This document shows, piece after piece, positions 59,828-64,000 of a stretch of 64,000 nt of DNA. Position numbers and translations under genes: made by a program. Every line of letters starts with the position of its first letter. The first letter of the stretch is position 1. The stretch is from Malacoraja senta (Eukaryota), in assembly GCA_038087875.1 (NCBI GenBank), contig CM075989.1, forward strand, positions 22,198,001-22,262,000. The letters are read 5' to 3'. The notes under the pieces are model-generated. The model searched no databases. It saw only the letters and a list, made by a program, of their open reading frames with translations, and was not told the origin of the DNA.

Positions 59828-62434
59828 TAACCCATTGAACGAGATTGGGTCTAACTCTTTGCTCCTGAGGGACCAAAGATGAAAAACATGAAAAAAAAGT
59901 TACTTTGAACCAACGTAAGTTGCCGAAGCAATATAAAATGGGCAAAAAGTACATCCTAAACTGCAGATAAATATTTTGCTGCTCACTTTGGGTTTGTTGT
60001 CAATTCATTTCCCTTTAACGAGAAACACATATACAATAAATTGGCTGTTCAATGGAAAATCCCTTTTAACTATTCACTAATTGAGAGAAGCTGTTGCTGC
60101 TGTGATTATTCCAGCAATCAATGGTTTAGAAGGAAATTCCCCTCAGCTGCTCTAATAGAAGTGATGAACCAATTCAAATAAACAAATGAGGTCCTGTGCT
60201 CAAATTACAGAAGGGAGGAATTTGACGTGACTGTTTTAAAAGCGCTGGGAAGCTAACACCTTTACTATCACAATTGCACTTCTTCCACTGAAGCGGAAGG
60301 CTGATTGATAAACGAATGTCATCATTTGCTTTGCGTTCAAGATGCCAAAGTTGAGAAAAGTTCCTACCACTCGGAAATGGGACAGCACTTCTATGATTCG
60401 CAAGAGGGCCGATCGGTTGTTGATAGCTGGAGGTGCTCCTAGCATATGTAGGTAAGTGTACTGATCAGCTCAAAATATGTCGCAGCCTTCGGCAATCTGT
60501 GCAGGTGGTCGATTGCCTCAGTTAAAGAGGTTAACCCAGAGTGAACACACGGGCTCCAAGTCTGAATAGGGGAAGCACCCAGGGAGCCTGTAACAATAAG
60601 CAAATAATGAAACAAACCTGACCATGGTTAAATACATAAAGTGATGAAGATTCACGGATCTCTGGCATTGAACAAGGGAAATAAAGGAACTTGCCCAGCG
60701 AGAGCGCAGCTGTCATTAGGCTTGTGTTAGTTCAGGGGAAGGTATGTTAGGCTGGCTGCCATTTTGATTAACTCAGATCTAACCTCTCAATTCACATAAA
60801 GAGGATCAAAAGACACATACTTTAATGCACATCCTGCTGTTAGTTTGTAATGGGCTTCAAGTGAAAGACAATATAGAACACCAAATAGTTTTGGACAAAA
60901 AATAGTAAAGTAATTGACACATTTTCAATGATTTTAGAAAGGCAGTGCCTTAGATGAAAATGTAAGTGCTCATTGTAAACTTGCTTGCAAATGTATTAAA
61001 GAAAATAATCCTTCCTATGTTTTTCACATTTAGCAGAACTGACACTGGGCTATCTCGGTATTTCTTTTACAGAGTGCTTTCAAAAAATGGGAGCGTACCA
61101 CATCCACTTTCATCTGCTTTGGGCTTCAAAGTAGTTTCACATTATCTACAAAGTAATGAAAGCCTTTCATTATCACAAATGGGGCTGCCTGTGTTCTTGA
61201 ATGGTACTCTACGGACCAGCAATGGACAAATCTCTTTTGCCTCTGCCTGCCTGCTTTGTCTAACTCCAAAGATGTTGAGGTGCTTTTGAAGAAAGCCATT
61301 CCGTGAGCAAGTCTGAGTTTGGGGATAATAGCAAAAGCCGTAACAGCTGGATAAATGAGGATATCGTGAAGGATACTGAGAGTAGAGCAAGTGAGAGCAG
61401 AAGTGGTCAGTAACAGTAAGTATTTAGTGAGGGTAAGTGAAAAGACTAAATGGACTAAACACTTAAACCCCTAAACTAAAAAAAACAAACATCTTACTTG
61501 AGTACTGCTGCAAATAGCATTTGACTCATCTTCTTGCAGGAAACGTTACATAACACATCACACCCTGTTAAGCTTTCCCTTTTCAAGATGACCTTTCTAT
61601 TGCATACAAAAATGTTGATTAATAAGCCATGTGCAAAAAACATGCCATTAAATTTCAGTTAATATAAAATATATTAGTCGAGTAATTTTCTATATGGAAC
61701 TTATTAGTAAACCCTCTGTGGGTATTAAACCAGTCGGTAAAACTTCAGTGCTTGCACAACCGCAGTTTATCTGAAAGCCGCGAATAACTTTCCAATGTAA
61801 CTGGGATTTGCACCTTCTGTGAAATATGCTCTCCATAACTAGTCCTCGTGTAACATGTTGGCAAACGCCAGGGTGTGTGAAGCATGTTCGTAAATCCTCG
61901 CTGTATGTTAAACACCAGCGTGCAATAAAATGTCACCACCTTCACTACCTAACGGATCCTAAGCATATACAAACCTTGTTAGATAATTCCCAGTATAAAT
62001 AACACATGCTATTCAGTGCTCAGTGAATATAAAATCTGGTAATAAATCTGCCAGGCATATTTTTACAGATGCTGATAAATCATTTGCATCAGTAAAATAA
62101 ATGAGTACAGTCGTTCCTTAATCTACATGAAAGAGGCAAATAGATCCCCAGCAAGTAAATATTTTGCAATGGGATTAAATAGTTCTGTGTTTCTGTGCAT
62201 CACATAATCGATCTTCAATAAAACAATGTAATGTACAAAGACCATGAATTTTGTTCAGGGTCCTGCATGCATCTCATGCACAACTGCATGGATGATCAAG
62301 ACCACTCGTTCAATTGCATCCGTCTCCTGACGGCTCCAGGTCCTAATTTGCACTCTTGTGTGTGACTGCACTGTCCACAGGTTGTACATGAAGAAGCTTT
62401 CACGTTTGAGAAGCCAACCTCTATATGATTTCAT

Positions 62435-62528
62435 GGACACAAAGTGCTGGAGTAAATCAACGGGTCAGGCAGCATCTCTTGAGAACATGGATCGCTGATG
62501 TTTCAGGTCGGGACCCTTCTTCAGACTG
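62435..62528 (-). mobile_element. PLE terminal-repeat fragment
   Basis: GACACAAAGTGCTGGAG...GGGACCCTTCTTCAGAC. Confidence 0.75.
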
Positions 62529-62852
62529 ATGTAAAGGACATTAGGAAGTCGCAAACTGGCATTGAAATCTGGACTAAGTAAATCTCCTTAAGGTAGGCAC
62601 ATACTCCTCTCCTTCAAGTGCCACTTTATGCCTGACTCGCTCGGTTCATCCACCAATTTGACTGCATGTTATTTACTAAACCCACAGTAAATTCTCCAAT
62701 CATCTCCCATCTGACCTGCCCTTTCAACCCATCTCTGAAAGCGACCACTCTCTATAACTGTTGATGAAACACTCCTCCCACCACACGACTGATCAATTAG
62801 GTGGATTGGGTAAATTTGATGCTCTCGAAGACAAGTGTTTGCAACTTCTACG

Positions 62853-63205
62853 AGTCAAGTCAAGTCTAGAGAGTTTATTGTCATGTGTCCCAGATAGGAC
62901 AATGACATGCTTGCTTGCTGCAGCACAACAGAATATTATAGGCATAAATACAGAACAGATCAGTGTGTCCATATACCATAGAGTATATATATATATACAC
63001 ACATAAATATACAGATAAAGTGCAATAGGCTGTTAAAGTTCAGAGTTTGTTTGATGTTGTGTTTAATAGTCTGATGGCTGTGGGGATGTAGCTGTTCCTG
63101 AACCTGGATGTTGCAGATTTCAGGTCCTGTACCTTCTGCCTGATGGCAGCGGAGAGATGAATGAGTGGTCAGGATGGTGTGGGTCCTTGATGACGTTGGC
63201 AGCCT
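62853..63205 (-). mobile_element. Rex1/Babar-like LINE 3' end
   Basis: KKAANVIKDPHHPDHSFISPLPSGRRYRT, plus AATAAA and a (GACTT)n tail. Confidence 0.8.
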
Positions 63206-63659
63206 TTTTGAGAAAGTCTTTTTGAGCCTTATTTCGGGAAGTTCCTACTAAGAATCGGGTTTCTGCCTTTGATACTGGGTCATAGGAATCTGAAATTTTC
63301 CAGCGATGCTGCCTGACCCACTGAGTTTCTCCAGCACTTTGTGTCATTTTTTGTAAAGCATTTCCATCTGGAGGGATATTGATTGTATCTCAACTAATCC
63401 AGTGAACCTTCTCTGATTTGTCTTCAAAGCAGGTACATCCTCCTAAAAATACTTTCAGTCAGTTGAAGGGCTCCAACCCAAAATGTCATCCATCCTTTTT
63501 CTCCAGAGATGCTGCCTGACCTGTTGAGTTACTCCAGCACTTGTGTCTACATCCACCTGAATATGGAGATCAATAGCGGAGGTAGTATTCAAGGGAATGT
63601 TTCCACCAGCATTGTGTATTGTTGTAACAAAACCTCCCTATTTTTATCGCTGTACTGCT

Positions 63660-64000
63660 TCATAAATTTATACTGTAAGTGACAGGAGCAGAATTAGGGC
63701 ACTCAGCCCCATCAAGTCTACTCCGCCATTCAATCATGGCTGATCTATCTCTCCCTTCTAACCCCATTCTCCTGCCTTCTCCCAATAACTCCTGACACCT
63801 GTACTAATCAAGAATCTAAGGTAGACAAAAAGCTGGAGAAACTCAGCGTGTGAGGCAGCATCTATGGAGTGAAGGAATGGGTGACGTTTCGACTCGAGAC
63901 CCTTCTTCAGACTGAATCAAGAATCTATCTATCTCTGCCTTAAAAATATTATTTAACTTGGCCTCCACTGTGATCTGTGGCAATGAATTTCACAGATTCA
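63660..64000 (-). mobile_element. CR1 3' end (runs off the window) with a PLE insert at 63819-63914
   Basis: CR1 3' UTR on minus; insert flanked by the 13-bp TSD AATCAAGAATCTA (63806-63818, 63915-63927). Confidence 0.88.

Overview
Eukaryotic, vertebrate intergenic or intronic DNA, almost certainly from a cartilaginous fish (skate or ray-like). This is inferred from its repeats: many HE1-type tRNA-derived V-SINEs, CR1 (HER1-like) LINEs, Rex1/Babar-like LINE tails and Penelope-like element (PLE) remnants. No host protein-coding gene could be recognised, and all recognisable ORFs are transposon-derived. The larger elements are two 5'-truncated CR1 LINEs (8.9-11.3 kb, frameshifted; 23.8-25.1 kb, uninterrupted RT frame), a full-length but decayed IR/DR-type Tc1 DD34E transposon (14371-16033), an RTE-X fragment inside a SINE, two hAT MITEs with perfect 8-bp TSDs and a Harbinger-like MITE. 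There is also a ~715-bp (CT)n tract and a 200-N gap. The most interesting signals are: (i) a dispersed family of short, often palindromic, TSD-flanked PLE-derived inserts carrying a minimal hammerhead ribozyme core (CTGAAGA-A-stemII-GAAAC-GTH) whose stem is kept while the loop varies; (ii) two long AT-rich inverted repeats (34.2-34.9 kb and 52.1-53.3 kb); (iii) a ~10-kb AT-rich but CpG-retaining, SINE-free domain spanning the gap, suggesting a non-methylated regulatory region; (iv) templated-insertion scars. Repeat-fragment coordinates are read by eye and approximate unless a TSD or TIR is quoted.
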